64,000 nt of DNA, from the NCBI GenBank assembly GCA_963693365.1, contig CAVNZM010000005.1, forward strand, positions 11,617,728 through 11,681,727. Direction: 5' to 3'. The notes below the pieces were generated by a model. It ran no database searches and was not told the DNA's origin. It was given only the letters and a program-made list of their open reading frames with translations. The stretch's first letter is position 1. Each line of letters starts with the position of its first letter. This document shows positions 31,879 through 59,136 of this stretch, in pieces. Position numbers and translations under genes: made by a program. The stretch is from Amoebidium appalachense (taxonomy: Eukaryota; Protista; Ichthyosporea).

Positions 31879-33051
31879 CATTGCCGGTGTATCACGCAGC
31901 ACCACGATAGTAGTAGCCTACATGATGGCTGTGACGTCACTTGGCTGGGATCAGGCCCTTACAACCGTGCAGGCGTCACGGTCTGTGGCATCGCCGAACA
32001 GCGGGTTCCGCACACAGCTGATAGAATATGGCAAGGGGGAGGCTCAGGTGCGGATCCATATGTTCGTGTGTGTGTATGAGTGTGTGTGGGGTGTGTGTGT
32101 GGGGGGGGGGGGGGGGGGGGAGGGGGGGGAGGGGGAAGAAGGAGGATGGCATGCTGTTCTGTGTGGTGTAAGGGTGTTTGTTGATGTATTGTTTGATTTG
32201 GCAGCTGCGGTACCACATTTGAAGGAGTTCATTACCTCATACCCCCCCCCCCCCCCCCCCCCAAAACCCCCTCCTCACTCACTCCCCCCCCCCCCCTCCC
32301 CCCCCTCCCCCCCCTCACACACACACTTTTGAAGTACTCCACTACCTTCCCCCCCCCCACACATCATCCCCTCACCCCCTTCACCCCCACTCCCCCCACC
32401 CCCTCCCGCGGAGAAAATAGAAAAAAGAAGAAGAAAGGCATGGAAGGAGAAGACGAGCACGACAAAGGGCATGAGTTTTTTGATTACACAGCTGCAGTCA
32501 CATGCCCCCCTCCTCCCCCTCGGACGTCTTTGGCCTGGGGGGGGGGGGGGGGGGGGGTGTGTGTGTGTTCTTTTTTTTTGTGTGTGGTGGTAGTGGTGGT
32601 GGTGGTGGCCCAGGGAGAGAGGGTTAGGGAAGTGAGGTGGAGAGGGGAGGAGGGGAGCCGAATGTAGACCTAAGTGCTGGTGCTATAGTTTTAAGATGCT
32701 CGGTGAGTGTGTGCAGCGAAATGGAAGTGGGTTTCGTATTTTCTTTTTTTCTCTCCTTCTTTTTAACAAAGATGCTAAAGAATTAACAAAAACAGAAATT
32801 AAACCTGTTTGTTTGTGTTTTTGCAGAGTGAAAACGCGAGGTTGCGACAACAGTACCCATGCATCCAATTCGAAGATGAGCCCTACCTACTAGACATAAT
32901 CCAACGGTTTGGGGAGTTGCGAAGAGAAAGGTTTATGCACATACAAAGAGATCTAGAGGCAAAAAAGACGGGGGAATGGAGGGTTGATGTGGAGCCAGAG
33001 GGGGAGGAAGAAAAGGAAGTTGAGGCAGAAGCCATTGAACAGCCGGCCTGA
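27121..33051 (+). CDS. DUSP22: Atypical dual-specificity phosphatase, DUSP22/DUSP15 family
   Basis: Exons 27121-27141 (MGNGMNK, GC donor), 27750-27783, 28489-28571 (GVTHILSVH), 29520-29569 (AADSPNQNL), 31088-31162, 31879-32047, 32827-33051. Catalytic motif VLVHCIAGVSRS is assembled across an intron; AYMM and PNSGF are present. The N-terminus matches DUSP22 MGNGMNK (myristoylation Gly2). Confidence 0.95.
30004..30959. mobile_element. Non-autonomous Tc1/mariner (pogo/Tigger-like) MITE in DUSP intron 4
   Basis: TA on both sides (30002-30003, 30960-30961). 27-bp TIR CAGCAGATTCCCCTAATTCGGAACACC ... GGTGTTCCGAATTAGGGGAATCTGCTG. Extra internal copies of CCTAATTCGGAACA at ~30210 and ~30918 (inverted). 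AT-rich interior with no transposase ORF. Confidence 0.9.
30336..30721. mobile_element. Long imperfect fold-back element nested inside the mariner-type MITE
   Basis: Arms pair from TTGCAATGAAAGAAATGTGTTGTAGCACT / AGTGCTACAACAATTTTCTTCCATTGCAA inward through GTAGCTCTACTT / AAGTAGAGCTAC and AGTACCTAACAAGGTGTTGA / TCAACACCTTGTTAGGTACT, with a GC-rich centre. Confidence 0.7.
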
Positions 33052-34091
33052 ATGCAACTTAGAAAGGTCCACCCCAAGCGCAGTAGCAGTGTGGCGGTAG
33101 TGTGCAGAATCGTGTTTGTAACATATTGAACACCGTCATGATGTGGCACGTTTGTGTACATGTATGTAACGGATGTAAGGATATAGTGCTTTCCGTGTGC
33201 TTGTTTTAGGTGCACGAAACCATTTTTTTCTTGTCATTCATCGCATTACCCGGTTTGTTTAGTTAGTGCAGTACACAGGCTGTTCACATGCAGTTTGCAA
33301 TACAAGTGTTTTAATAATTTAATAATGTGGCTGTTTCTAGTTATATCTCGGATCGGCAGTTTACAATTTTTATCGACCAGATGTCATAAGAGATACAGTG
33401 TAACATGTACATAATCACGTTTTAAAGTTATTAAGAAGCTGAAAGGTACTTATTTAATAGAAAGGACCGACCTATTGCATAACATATGCGATGCGTACCC
33501 GAAAATAAAGATCTAGTATTGCATTTTACGTGTTGGCATGCAACAATCTTGATTGTGCACGTTACCGAAGTTGTTCAGCACTAGTGCACGTATCATTCGC
33601 TGGCATGGTTCCCCCCCCCCCCCCCCTCCCCCCCCCCCCCCCCGGTCCGCCCTCCCCTAAGGCTTGGGCTGAGAATGGCCATGATCTACATGTTCATCTT
33701 GCATACCCTTCTGTGTATAATGTACTGCACGTGAGTTTGAATGGTGTGCGATATATATAGATTATTGGGCGTCATAAATTTGTACTTCGTGTTCAATATT
33801 AATGTAACATGGTGTACACATTCATATGTGTCCCCGGCCCGGCCGCCTTCCCCGTAGTTAATTGTGCCCTCACAAACTGCCAATAACTATGATCGATCTT
33901 GGCTTATAATTTATCACGTCAGCTGAATCTTCCTCCCCGGTTTACATGAAAGTCTTCATGAATGCCCAAGCTAGACATTCGACGAAAGGCAGAACTTGTT
34001 TGCAAAAGACGAATTACACTATGAAGGCTTAGCAAACTTTTATGTGTGCCAATACACGCTTTGACATGTCTAAAAAAGCCTAAACAAATAT

Positions 34092-34128
<37 letters not shown>

Positions 34129-35127
34129 CCCCACACACACGAACACACATGCGCGCATACGGACGCACGAACCCAGACACGCAGGAGCGCAGGAACGGAC
34201 GGTGAGCCCACACACGTACGCACACGTACGCACACGCGCACACACATATATGTATTAGTAGACATGTACTAGGGTTCCCAACAGATGTAAATCAGTGACA
34301 TTGAAGTTAGTATTCAAAAAACTTTATTTTTGATTCCCATCCTGGTGCTGACTGTCCCATTCAAGTTGATGTAACCCCCCCCCCCCCCCCCCCCCCCCCC
34401 AGTTCATATGTACATGCCGATCACGCCGAATGGTATTAAATAGTAACTATTAATTATATTCGTAAGAGATTTGGATTTCGAAGAAACCAAACAGCTCCTA
34501 ATGGCTGATAGCATCTCAAATCCCCCCCCCCCCCCCCCCAAACACACACACAAACACACACACACACCACAATTTAGATTTTTGTCTTGCTTCCAGTGTT
34601 TTCCCATTCCCCAAAATCAACATTCGGTGCAACCAATTGTAGATTCAACACAAACTCAGCTGTGATGTGCCCACGTTCAATTCGTGCATCAGATTCGTTT
34701 CAAAATTGCCTTGCAACTAGTCTACTATCATGCATCAACTAGTCTACTATCATGCATCCCTCCTGTTTTTCGCAAGAAATTTGATAATGGGAGGAGGAGG
34801 GGGAGGGGGCGGAGGAGGAGGAGGAGGAGGAAGGGAAGAGAGCGGGCGGGCGGGCGGGGCGGGGCGGGGGGGGGGGGGGGGGGGGGGGGGGGGTCTTCAA
34901 GGGGAAAAGCTATCGACTCTCCTCCCATTCCCAAAACAAAATGTTACAACACATTCACCCGTCCATCTCTCCAGACCGTAATCCTATGTTTTGCATGCAG
35001 GGCACACAACCTTTTGTGCATATAAATTTAACAATCCCAGGGCCTCCTATGCGAATATGTAGAAATGGACATCCCGTATAATTTTTTTTTATAAAACACT
35101 GAAAAAAAGTATGAATACAGGCCTTGA

Positions 35128-35394
35128 TCAATAGTCCTCATCCTCCTCCTCCTCCCCATCCCCCCCAGCCATTGCCCTATAAAAGGCCAGGGACACTTTC
35201 TCGGCTAGCAGCCGCCGTTGGCTGTCTGGTAGGTTCTGCGCCCGGTCTGTGGTGGGTGAGTGATGGTGAGTTGCATGAAGGCATAGGGGGTAGGGGAGAA
35301 AGACGCAGAGAGGGAAAGAAGGAAAGTTTGCTGGCATCGAGAGAGGGTAGGTGGGTGAGCAAGAAAGAAGGCCGTTAAGCTACACACCACACAC

Positions 35395-35434
<40 letters not shown>

Positions 35435-35707
35435 CCCCACCCACCCACCTACCCGCCCTTCTCCCTCTGCCCCACGCCTACCCACCCACCATCCTGCCCC
35501 ATATTGAGAAGTGATCGTACAAATACCTTTAAGTGCCGCCAGGTTCACAAACATCTCATCCATAAACACACACCACACACATACACATGCACGCCTCCCT
35601 CCCCCCCCCCCCCCCCCCCCCCCCTCCCTGCCCCCCCTCCACCCTTCTCCTTCCCTTCTCTCCCACTCACCCTTCTCCATCTGCCCCATGCCTGTCCACC
35701 CGTCCCC

Positions 35708-35741
<34 letters not shown>

Positions 35742-36192
35742 ATTTTTTCCCGTGTTGTGGGGGGTACAAATACCTTTTAGGGCAGCCAGGTTCACAAACA
35801 TATTATCCATATTCTCCATTTCCTCCTCCTCCCCGTCACCCCTACCCTCATACTTGAACAGCTCCCCACTCACCAGACGTTTCTCGGCTGGCGTCAAAAA
35901 CGCCCCTGTAGGGTTCAAAGACACAAAACTTAGAATGTGCTACTATATGTCTTCCTACATGTATTTTGGTTTTGCCGAGCAACCGCGGAAGGCCCGGGGG
36001 GGGGGGGGGGGGGGGGGGGGGGGAGGGAGGGGGGGGGGGGTGAGAGGAGGGGGATTTGGAAGCGTAAGTAGTGCGAAGGTACAGAAGGAATCATGAAGGC
36101 CCGCGATCAAAGAATGATATGCTCAACGAACACATGGGGAGGTGGTAACACTCCGCGTGGAGGGAGGAGGGGTGGAGGGTGGGTGGGTGGGT

Positions 36193-36224
<32 letters not shown>

Positions 36225-36800
36225 CTGCATATGAATCCAACACGTACGAGGGTAGGAAAGGATCGCATATCTCATCAAGCACAAATGGAATAGGGAGAAA
36301 TGGAAGCGGGGAAAGGGACGGGTTTGAATGTTGAATGTTCCCTGTGCGTCTACACGTCTGTTGGTGATATGATGTGGTGGGGAGGACTGTGTCTTGGTTT
36401 GCAGGGGTGTACGGAAAGGGTTGGTGGTGGTGGTGGTGGGGGGGGGGGGGGGGGGGGGGGGGGGGAAGAGGGGAAGAGGGGAGAGGGTGGTGGTCGTGGT
36501 GGTGATGGTGGTGGTGTGGGTGTGTGTGTGAGGGGGAGGGGGGGGGGGGGGGGGGGGGGCACGGACTCAAGGCAAGCTCATCGGGGTCCTCTTGATCTTG
36601 TTGTGGTGCTTCCGGTGCAGCTGAAAACGACCAGGCAGTCAGCCAGCACCCAAACACAATCGCAGTGGCACTGAGTGACAAACTATCTCAAACATCTTAG
36701 ACCTCATATGCTATCCATCAATTTACATATCACCCCCCCACCCTATGCACACACGAAGTAAGAAAAAAGAGAAAGAAAGAAAGCAAAAGAAATACAAGAA

Positions 36801-36850
<50 letters not shown>

Positions 36851-37044
36851 AGGAAGAAAGAAAGATGGGAAAAAATTCTAACAAATATATATATATAAAC
36901 ATCCAAAAATTCACGACTCATACACGCGCCACACAACCTAGAAGCCCTTATCCCCCCCCCCCCCCCCCCCCAAAATAAAAAATAAAAAAAAATAAAAATA
37001 AAAATTCACGACTCATACAAGCACCACACAACCTAGAAGCCCCT

Positions 37045-37089
<45 letters not shown>

Positions 37090-37231
37090 ATTTCCACCCC
37101 TCCTCACCCCCACCCCCTCTGCTGCCGCCGCACACACCAAAAAAGAAAGAGGGGGAAAAAAAAGAACACCAAAGGAAGAAAAAAACAAACAAAAAAGAAA
37201 AATACCAAGGGCACACAGACGCACCATGCAA

Positions 37232-37266
<35 letters not shown>

Positions 37267-37590
37267 CCCCCCCCCCCTTCCCATACCCCTTTCTCACCTC
37301 AATTCCTCACCTTCCCATCACCCCCCTCCCCCTCCCCCTCCCCCTCCACCCCAACACGTACACATACACAAACAAACACACCTTGTGTCGTATTTTGTGC
37401 AGCACCGTCATTCTCCTGTGACTGTGTCTGACCCCTCCTCTCCGGCTTTCTCACCAACCCCTCCCACGTGTTGCTGTGCAGTGCCTCCACTACTCGGTCC
37501 ATCCCCTCCGTCTCATCTTCAAGACCACCAGGCCCTGCAAAGAGTCAATTGGTTAGAAGGGTAGATGGATTGTGGATGTGCGTGTGTGTG

Positions 37591-37657
<67 letters not shown>

Positions 37658-37691
37658 ACAGCGGTGGCAGCGGGGAGGGGGGGGGAGAGAA

Positions 37692-37762
<71 letters not shown>

Positions 37763-37891
37763 TGTGTGTGTGTGTTCTTGTTTGCACTACGGAGTGTCAT
37801 GTATGTGGTCGATACATAGAGGCTTCTTGTGTGTGTTATATTTTATCTGCACGCCTACTCTGAAAGAGTGTGAGATACCAAAGGTAGCGAT

Positions 37892-37925
<34 letters not shown>

Positions 37926-38134
37926 CCCCTCCCCCACACACACATGCCTCGCCCCCTTAGCGGTCATGCATGTGTTAGAATAGAGACCAGAGACCAGAGG
38001 TGGAACGGGGGGAAGGGGGCGAGCGGGTTTGCAAATGACGAGTGGTGAAGGGATCAATATTGAGCGCACAAATAAGCCCTAGGAAGAGACACGGAATGGG
38101 AAGGGGGAACAATGTGATCGTGAATGGTTTACGT

Positions 38135-38169
<35 letters not shown>

Positions 38170-38219
38170 GCTTGCACTGAACGGTGCAGGTTGTGTGTGT
38201 GTGTGTGTGGTCCCTCTCT

Positions 38220-38311
<92 letters not shown>

Positions 38312-38709
38312 TGTGTTTCGGAGGAGCGGGGGTATATACCAAGGTGGCCGGGTTTCCACTCGTAGACATCGACATGCTCAAAGCCATTGTCATTGCACCA
38401 ATCATCTAGCTCCTCCGGTACCTGAGAAGCCAATCGGATCATCAGAAACACGTGTGTGTGCACGGAGACGCTTCTCTGTCCGTTTCCGTGTTCGAAATAT
38501 CTACCTACAAAAAAAAACAAAGAAAAATAAAATATGCAGAGCATACGACCAGGCATGATGCTGCCCCCCCCCCCCCCCCTCCTCCCCCCCCCCCCCTCCC
38601 CCCAACCACAACACACACACACACACACACACACACATCCTCTCCCTCGCTCCTTCTCACTAACCCCGGAATCACGTGGGCTAAGGTCTACGCACGCGCA
38701 AACACACGT

Positions 38710-38744
<35 letters not shown>

Positions 38745-39525
38745 TACAATTCCAACACACGTAAACAGTAGGTTCGTGCAATCCGATGTGTGGGTGAACA
38801 GGGTTGATGTAGATGACTGTGTGAGTGAGCATGTGCAGGTGCACAAGCCCGATCCCACGTGCACAAGTAATTTGTTATGTCGTTTCTTGGGGAATATAGT
38901 GTATTTTGTGTCTTGGGGAATATATTGTATGTTGTGTCTTGGGGAATATAGTGTATGTTGTGTCTTGGGGAATATATTGTATGTTGTGTCTTGGGGAATA
39001 TATTGTATGTTGTGTCTTGGGGAATATAGTGTATGTTGTGTTTTGGAGAATATAGTGTATGTTGTGTCTTGGGGAATATAGTGTATGTTGTGTCTTAGAG
39101 AATATAGTGTATTTTGTGTCTTGGGGAATATATTGTATGTTGTGTCTTGGGGAATATATTGTATGTTGTGTCTTGGGAATATAGTGTATGTTGTGTCTTG
39201 GGGAATATAGTGTATGTTGTGTCTTGGGGAATATATTGTATTTTGTGTCTTGGGGAATATAGTGTATGTTGTGTCTTGGGGAAGACTTTGCATACTGTGG
39301 CTAGTGCTTGCATTCACCTTGTAATCGTCTGATGGCTGAGACTCATCCGGGTGCTTTGCCACACACAGCAGCACCTCTGGGCTGTGCTGTTGGATGCCAT
39401 CCCTCCATGCACAAAGACCCTTCCACGTTGCTGGCTGTGTAACCACAAGCCACAGGTCAGAACTTGGGTTTATTCACACAATTTAGTGCCCTACCCCGTG
39501 CAGCTTTGCTCCGGAAACAAAAACT

Positions 39526-39599
<74 letters not shown>

Positions 39600-39641
39600 C
39601 CTCCCCCCCCTCCCCCTCCCCCCCGACGGGTCTCAGTCCAA

Positions 39642-39673
<32 letters not shown>

Positions 39674-40634
39674 GGGGGGGGGGGGGGGGGGTGGCGCCCA
39701 GCCCTGGATTCCTCCCGAGCAAATATTTATTTGTGCTATCCTCCCCGTCTGCCTGAAACTGTAAAATACACCTTCACACAAACCCCTACCCTTCCTTTCC
39801 CGGTCCCGTTCTCTTTTTCAAACCACCTACCCTCATCCCCCATCCCCCCGCCCCTCCCCTCCCCCTCCCCCCCCTCCCCCCCCCCCCCCCCCCCCTCCCC
39901 CCCCATCACCACCACCAAAAAATAAAAAATAAAAAAATAAAATGTTCTGTCTATGGAGGGAAGAGAAAAAGACCAACACCCAATTTCTGGAAATCCGCCA
40001 AATCTGCCAAACAATCATTGTCTTAATCTTGGAAAAGCGGCATCGCTGAACAACACCCACTTCGTGTGCATTGCACATCCCTTTAACACCCACCTCGTGT
40101 GCATGGTACAGATACACCAGCCCATCCACCGTCTGCCACGACTGCTCGTCTACACTCTCGGGCGTGTCCACCAGAACAAGGTCTACGTTTGCAGTGTAGT
40201 ACTGCGGGATAAAGCATAAGTTATTGGTCTATTAAGTGAATAGAATGGAACACAAATGACACATTCCAGCATGCCAAGAATACCGCCTAAACCTGAGTGT
40301 GAAGGTGGAAGCGAGTTGGGGGCAGGGTGGGTGTGTGACTCTCTGAAAGAAAACGCCAGGCAGTAAGTAGGTGGGGTGGGGTGGAGGGGTGGGGGGGGGG
40401 GGGGGGGGTTGTCGGTATTTAAGGGCAGAGGGGAGAGAAAAGAAAAAATGTTAACAAAAAAAGATGGCGCGAATTACAGTACACGACAATGCCGCACGAA
40501 ACACCATCCAGAGAGAGGAAGAAAGATACATTGGGAGGGAGAGGAAGTGGGGAGGGGACAAGTTCGTGTATGTGTGACACAGATTCGGTATGGGGTTGGC
40601 GAAGGAGATGGCGTGTGCATCTGTATGTGTGTGT

Positions 40635-40667
<33 letters not shown>

Positions 40668-41032
40668 GTTGGGGGAAGGGGGGAAGGGGGGAGGACCATG
40701 GGGGAAAAGAGCTTACGGTTCAAGGGTGGTTTGAGATGAAAGAGAGAGGTGGGGTGGGGCAATAGCAGAACACGTGATTAGCAGAGGCAAAGAAAAGCAG
40801 GAACGGTTGGCGGAAGAGGGGTGCCCGGGTGGGGTTGCGGGGGGGGGGGGGGGGGGGGGGGGGGGGTAGAAGACGGAACACACAAAATTAGACACGAGGG
40901 CGCGCATGGTAACTACCTTGGGTAGGGGGCCCAGGAGGGGGGGGGGGAGGGGGGGGGAGGAAGCGTTGAATGACTGGAAAGTGTGCAAATGCTTGAAAAA
41001 CTCTATAACAGGCATAGGGCCACGGCCATCTC

Positions 41033-41066
<34 letters not shown>

Positions 41067-41566
41067 CTCCTCCTCCTTCCCTCCCCTTCCCCCCGACCCC
41101 GCCCCCCGTTCACCTGTATCCAGGCATAAACATTTGACACACACAAACAAGAGGGAGATAGAGGGGAGTGTGTGGGAGGTGGAGGGGAACGAGTAAGGAA
41201 GGGAACGCCAGTGGGGAAAGGTGAAAGGGAAGGGGTTAGCCGAGGGCTGACAGAACAGCAAAAAAAAAGCAGAAAGTGAGAAGAGAGGGAGGGAGAAAGT
41301 CAGGGGAGGTAGGGGGCGAGAGGGGACAGAGTAACAAAGAGAGTGAGGAAGGAAACCCAGAAGAGAGGAGCATACAAAGTAAGCAAGATAATGATGATAG
41401 GTAAGGGGAAGAAGGATGGTGGTGGTGGTGGAGGGGGGAGGGGAAAGAACGCAAGTGACCCGAGGGGTGGAGTGGGGGGACTCAGAAGAAAGGGGTGGAG
41501 AAGCAGGTTGTTGTTGGGGGGGGGGGGGGGGGGGGGGAAGGGGAGGGAGGGAGGGAGAGAGAGAGG

Positions 41567-41634
<68 letters not shown>

Positions 41635-42461
41635 ATGGGGGGGGGAGAGGGAGGGAGAGGGAGGGGGGGGGGGGGAGGGGCAGAGATGAGTGACAGGGTA
41701 GAGAAAGAGAAGCGGAGTGAGGGAGGGACGGTGGGAGGGCAAGAATGTGAGTGGGGGGGGGGGGGGGGGGGGGGGGAGGAAGAAGGGAGGGAGGGAGGGG
41801 AAGGGAGGGAGGGAGGGAGGGAGGGAGGGAGGGAGGGAGGAAGGGAAGGAGGGAGGGAGGAAGGAAGGCAAAGGCACAATGCTGACTAACCTTGTTGTCT
41901 ATAGTCCATGAAACACGCTGCAAAGGGGACTCGGAAAGCTGAACCGTATCAACCCCGCTGATGCCTGAAATAGCGGGGCCAATTGATACACAGAATAACC
42001 AGGTTAAAGAACTTGCAATAAATCGGACATAGGGTGGACGTTGCTTCAACTGCACCTCTCTAGTAAATTTCACAAAGAAAAAAGCCGAAATCGTGTAGCA
42101 GCTTGGTGACCAAGGCAATAAAGAAAGAACATGAGCCAAAATAGGGTGGTGGTGGTGGGGGGGGGGGGGGGGGGGGGGGGGGGGTTGGGTAGGTGGGGGG
42201 AGGGGGGCTATCAGGAGGAGTGAAAGGGAGTTTGTGAGGGGGAGGGTTAGCGAGGAGGAAGGAGAGGCGGAATGGGTCGGGGTGAGAAGGGGGGGGGGGG
42301 TGGGGGGTGGGGTGGGGTGGGGTGGGGTGGGGGGGAGGACTGGTAAGGACAGAAAGAGCTATTCAAAGGGAGAACTTACAGCTGACGAGACGGGCCCTGT
42401 CTGCACCTTCACAGCCCACCACAAGAATAGAAGGCACGCCTGGTTTGGTTGTGGACACCAT
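35128..42461 (-). CDS. AAGAB: Alpha- and gamma-adaptin-binding protein p34
   Basis: Exons 42461-42380 ([17 protein letters not shown]), 41964-41891 (..SWTIDNK), 40201-40094 (YYTANVDL), 39434-39318 (PEVLLCV), 38421-38340 ([10 protein letters not shown]), 37534-37433 ([14 protein letters not shown]), 36620-36567, 35905-35774, 35246-35128 ([25 protein letters not shown]). All phase-consistent. Matches AAGAB motifs WTIDNKYY, WCIKHGFE, ALNANVW and AEKVAKAFW. Confidence 0.93.
38885..39282. repeat. 26-bp minisatellite, about 15 copies, in an AAGAB intron
   Basis: Unit GTATGTTGTGTCTTGGGGAATATA(G/T)T head-to-tail with no spacers. Confidence 0.95.
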
Positions 42462-43485
42462 GTTGTTACTGTGCCTTGCGAGCAAGGGATAATTCTAAGT
42501 GAGGCCGAGAGAAGAAGGCAAAAGAACAAGGAAACAGTCAAATGCGTGTCAATTTTTAAACAATTTAATGCTCTATACGATATCTCTTTCTTTGCCGAGC
42601 GCTGGCTGTCTTGTAACTTCGGAAAACTTGAACGGGAAATGGAACGGCGCTTGGGACCTTTCCTTGGTGGTGTTTGATTGGGCCATCACCACATTCGTAT
42701 GCCCACAGGCCCAGGGAGGGAGGCGAGGGTAGCTATTGTAATGGTGCTCACCGTTCAGATAAAGAAATTTTTTGAACATTGCTATATGCTATTTCCTTTA
42801 GTTAATATAAAACGAACCTTTACCCCATCTGGTTTTCTCTTTCATATACTTTGATTAAAGCATTTTGTAACAAGCTGGAAAGCCAAGAACTCTCGGCTCG
42901 CCCAGGGCTCGGTCGAGACGATTACCAAAACCGGCGTATGATTCGCTTATTATCACAACGCAAAGAAGACATGTAAATAAGCAACCAATCATCCACGAGT
43001 CCGCCAACGCCAGCTGTGCACATCAAAACAAGATACCCGGACGCACACAGTGCAAACAGGTGTTTGGTTTTCCCTTTCGTGCTCTCTCCCGTTTCGCTAC
43101 TCTTTTTCAACGCGGTTCGAACCTCAGCTAAAAGGAATAAGCGAACTCACTCTAAACTTAGAAGAGCTTCCGGAGTCGTAACTCAGTGCGACAGCTGGCG
43201 GCTGAGCTTGTACATGCGACCTGAATTGGCACAGCTTTTGCCATCAACAGAACCGTTGTCTAGACAGGGTTGTTATTTAGTGTGGAGTCACATGTCAAGG
43301 TATAGCATATTGCTTGCAGGCATTTCTGACACCTTGTTTATTGACAGATTTATGAAAAACTACACACCCACAAGCACGTTGGAAGCTCATATATTCTAGT
43401 GAATCAGCGGATAAGTTCTCGTGGCTACAGGACACACACCCAGCCGCACATGCGCTTATCCCTGTGGCAGTAAATCCAAGCGGGA
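42462..43485. promoter_or_regulatory. Putative bidirectional promoter/5' UTRs between AAGAB (-) and VTC4 (+)
   Basis: Start codons diverge about 1 kb apart and the region is free of the homopolymers and microsatellites that fill introns. Confidence 0.55.
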
Positions 43486-57323
<13,838 letters not shown>

Positions 57324-57586
57324 ACCAACCACCGCTTCTCCCATTTTAGCGTCTGGGCGCTGACCACCCGAGAGCCACCCGAGAGCCAGATTTCTCACAT
57401 TCGTCTCGCCAATTAAGAGATTCAATCAAATTGTTTCACATTGCGGATGTCGACATACGGCAGAGCCAGCTTCAGTTTTGCACCCTTTTCCAGGCGACTA
57501 CACGGCGTCATGGAAATTGTGCACAGAATGACGTCACCAATGTGGCTCGCCGCCCAGCGGCTAAAATGAAAGTAGCGGTGGTTGCT
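57324..57586. mobile_element. TTAA-flanked MITE family A, copy 2 (inverted relative to copy 1)
   Basis: TTAA at 57320-57323 and 57587-57590. Termini and interior (GACGTCA, TGTGCACA, TGTCGACAT) are the reverse complement of 48815-49065. Confidence 0.88.
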
Positions 57587-58169
57587 TTAAGATGGGTATG
57601 TATGGCGTTGGAATCATCACACTCTCTTAGCTCACCTTTTTTGATCTCATATAAATTAGCCAATCGCAGGGTCCTGATTTTATGTTTAACTTTTTTAGAA
57701 AGAGTGTGGGTGGTGGTGACATACTTTTTTTGATTTGCTCATCGAATATGTCATTAATATTAGTGCCAAATTTTGGTTTTTTGTTGAGAATTTAGGTTTT
57801 TAGGCAACAATGTGGGTAGGTGGACGTGTGTGTCTGGGGGGGGGGGGGGGGGGGGGGGGTTCTGAATAATCGAAAAAGAATGAATGATTTTTGGAATTCT
57901 GTCACAGTGACGTGTATGGCCACTTTTATCTTCAATCAGATGCTGTTAGTACAATAGAGGTTTCATTATTGTTCTCCATCCGTCGCGGATAGAGTCCTAC
58001 CTTTTAAAAAAAAAAAATTATGATCTTGGGAAAGTAAACCCCTTATGGATGTTGTGAACTATTTGAGCCTTTGACGAAGAGCTGTGTGTGGCACTCGTTT
58101 TGTGGGATGTAGGCAAAGAGCTGTGTTTCGGTGGCGGGCTGCCCCGGGGGGGGTGGGGGGGAGGGAGGA

Positions 58170-58203
<34 letters not shown>

Positions 58204-58315
58204 CTGACGACGGCCTCACTGTTACAGTTGAGGTTGTGGTTGTGCGTGTAGTTTTTTTTTTTTTTTTTTGTGCATTTTGCTGTGGGAATTGCATTTTTTT
58301 TTTTTTTTTGTTGGT

Positions 58316-58358
<43 letters not shown>

Positions 58359-59136
58359 CTTGCAATTGCACAACACCGAGACCTGGCCTACGTCGAGTGG
58401 ACCGTAAACAAGACACCAGCTACCCAACTTAGGCTATCTAGATCTTCTATAAACAGCTGGGCTTGATCACGTGGATGCCACGCATGTGCCTCTGAGTATT
58501 GCCTGTGCGATTGGCATGACCAAGAATTGTTTTAACGTCTGGCAATCACTAGTACTGTGGGCCATGGAAATGTATAAATACGGACAATCAAGTAGTGCAC
58601 GTTTTTTAAGAAGGACGCCGGTGCTATAAAATACCCGTATTTGGCCATTTTTGTGTTGTACCATGTATCGATGCATGCGCAACGGTTACTCGTCTGAGTG
58701 ATCACGTGTAGGTATAAGTAGTCCACGGTCCCATTAGTATACGGTACTTCTGAACGTTTTGGCGTGTTTTTCCCTTGTGTAAATCTATCACGCATGCATG
58801 TGCACACAGGGCCATGCAAATATAGCCGTGGTGTCGTAGATTGAACTGCTGACTCCGCTCGACTCAGAAGGCGTCTTTGTATTATAGGTATTGTGCGATT
58901 GGTGTACTACGTTTTAGCTTTCTTTCTCCTACTGCATTAAACAAATTTAAATTTATAGTATTTGTCCCAGTAACAGCCAACCAACCGTCTGGGCTCGCAG
59001 CAGCCGCGGCCAGTTTCGCTTTGTAGCTGTGGCTGAACTCTTTGTTTCAAGAGTAGTTCCATAATACCATCCCTTTCATCATTTGCAAGGCAAGTAGAGT
59101 TATTAGGGGAAGATTTCCTTCCCTGTGAACGGCAAC

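Noticed and set aside
38885-39282. Regular 26-bp repeat as a CRISPR array or repeat protein (ORF 38688-39446)
   Set aside because: Head-to-tail units with no spacers, a period not divisible by 3, located in a eukaryotic intron, and no cas genes.
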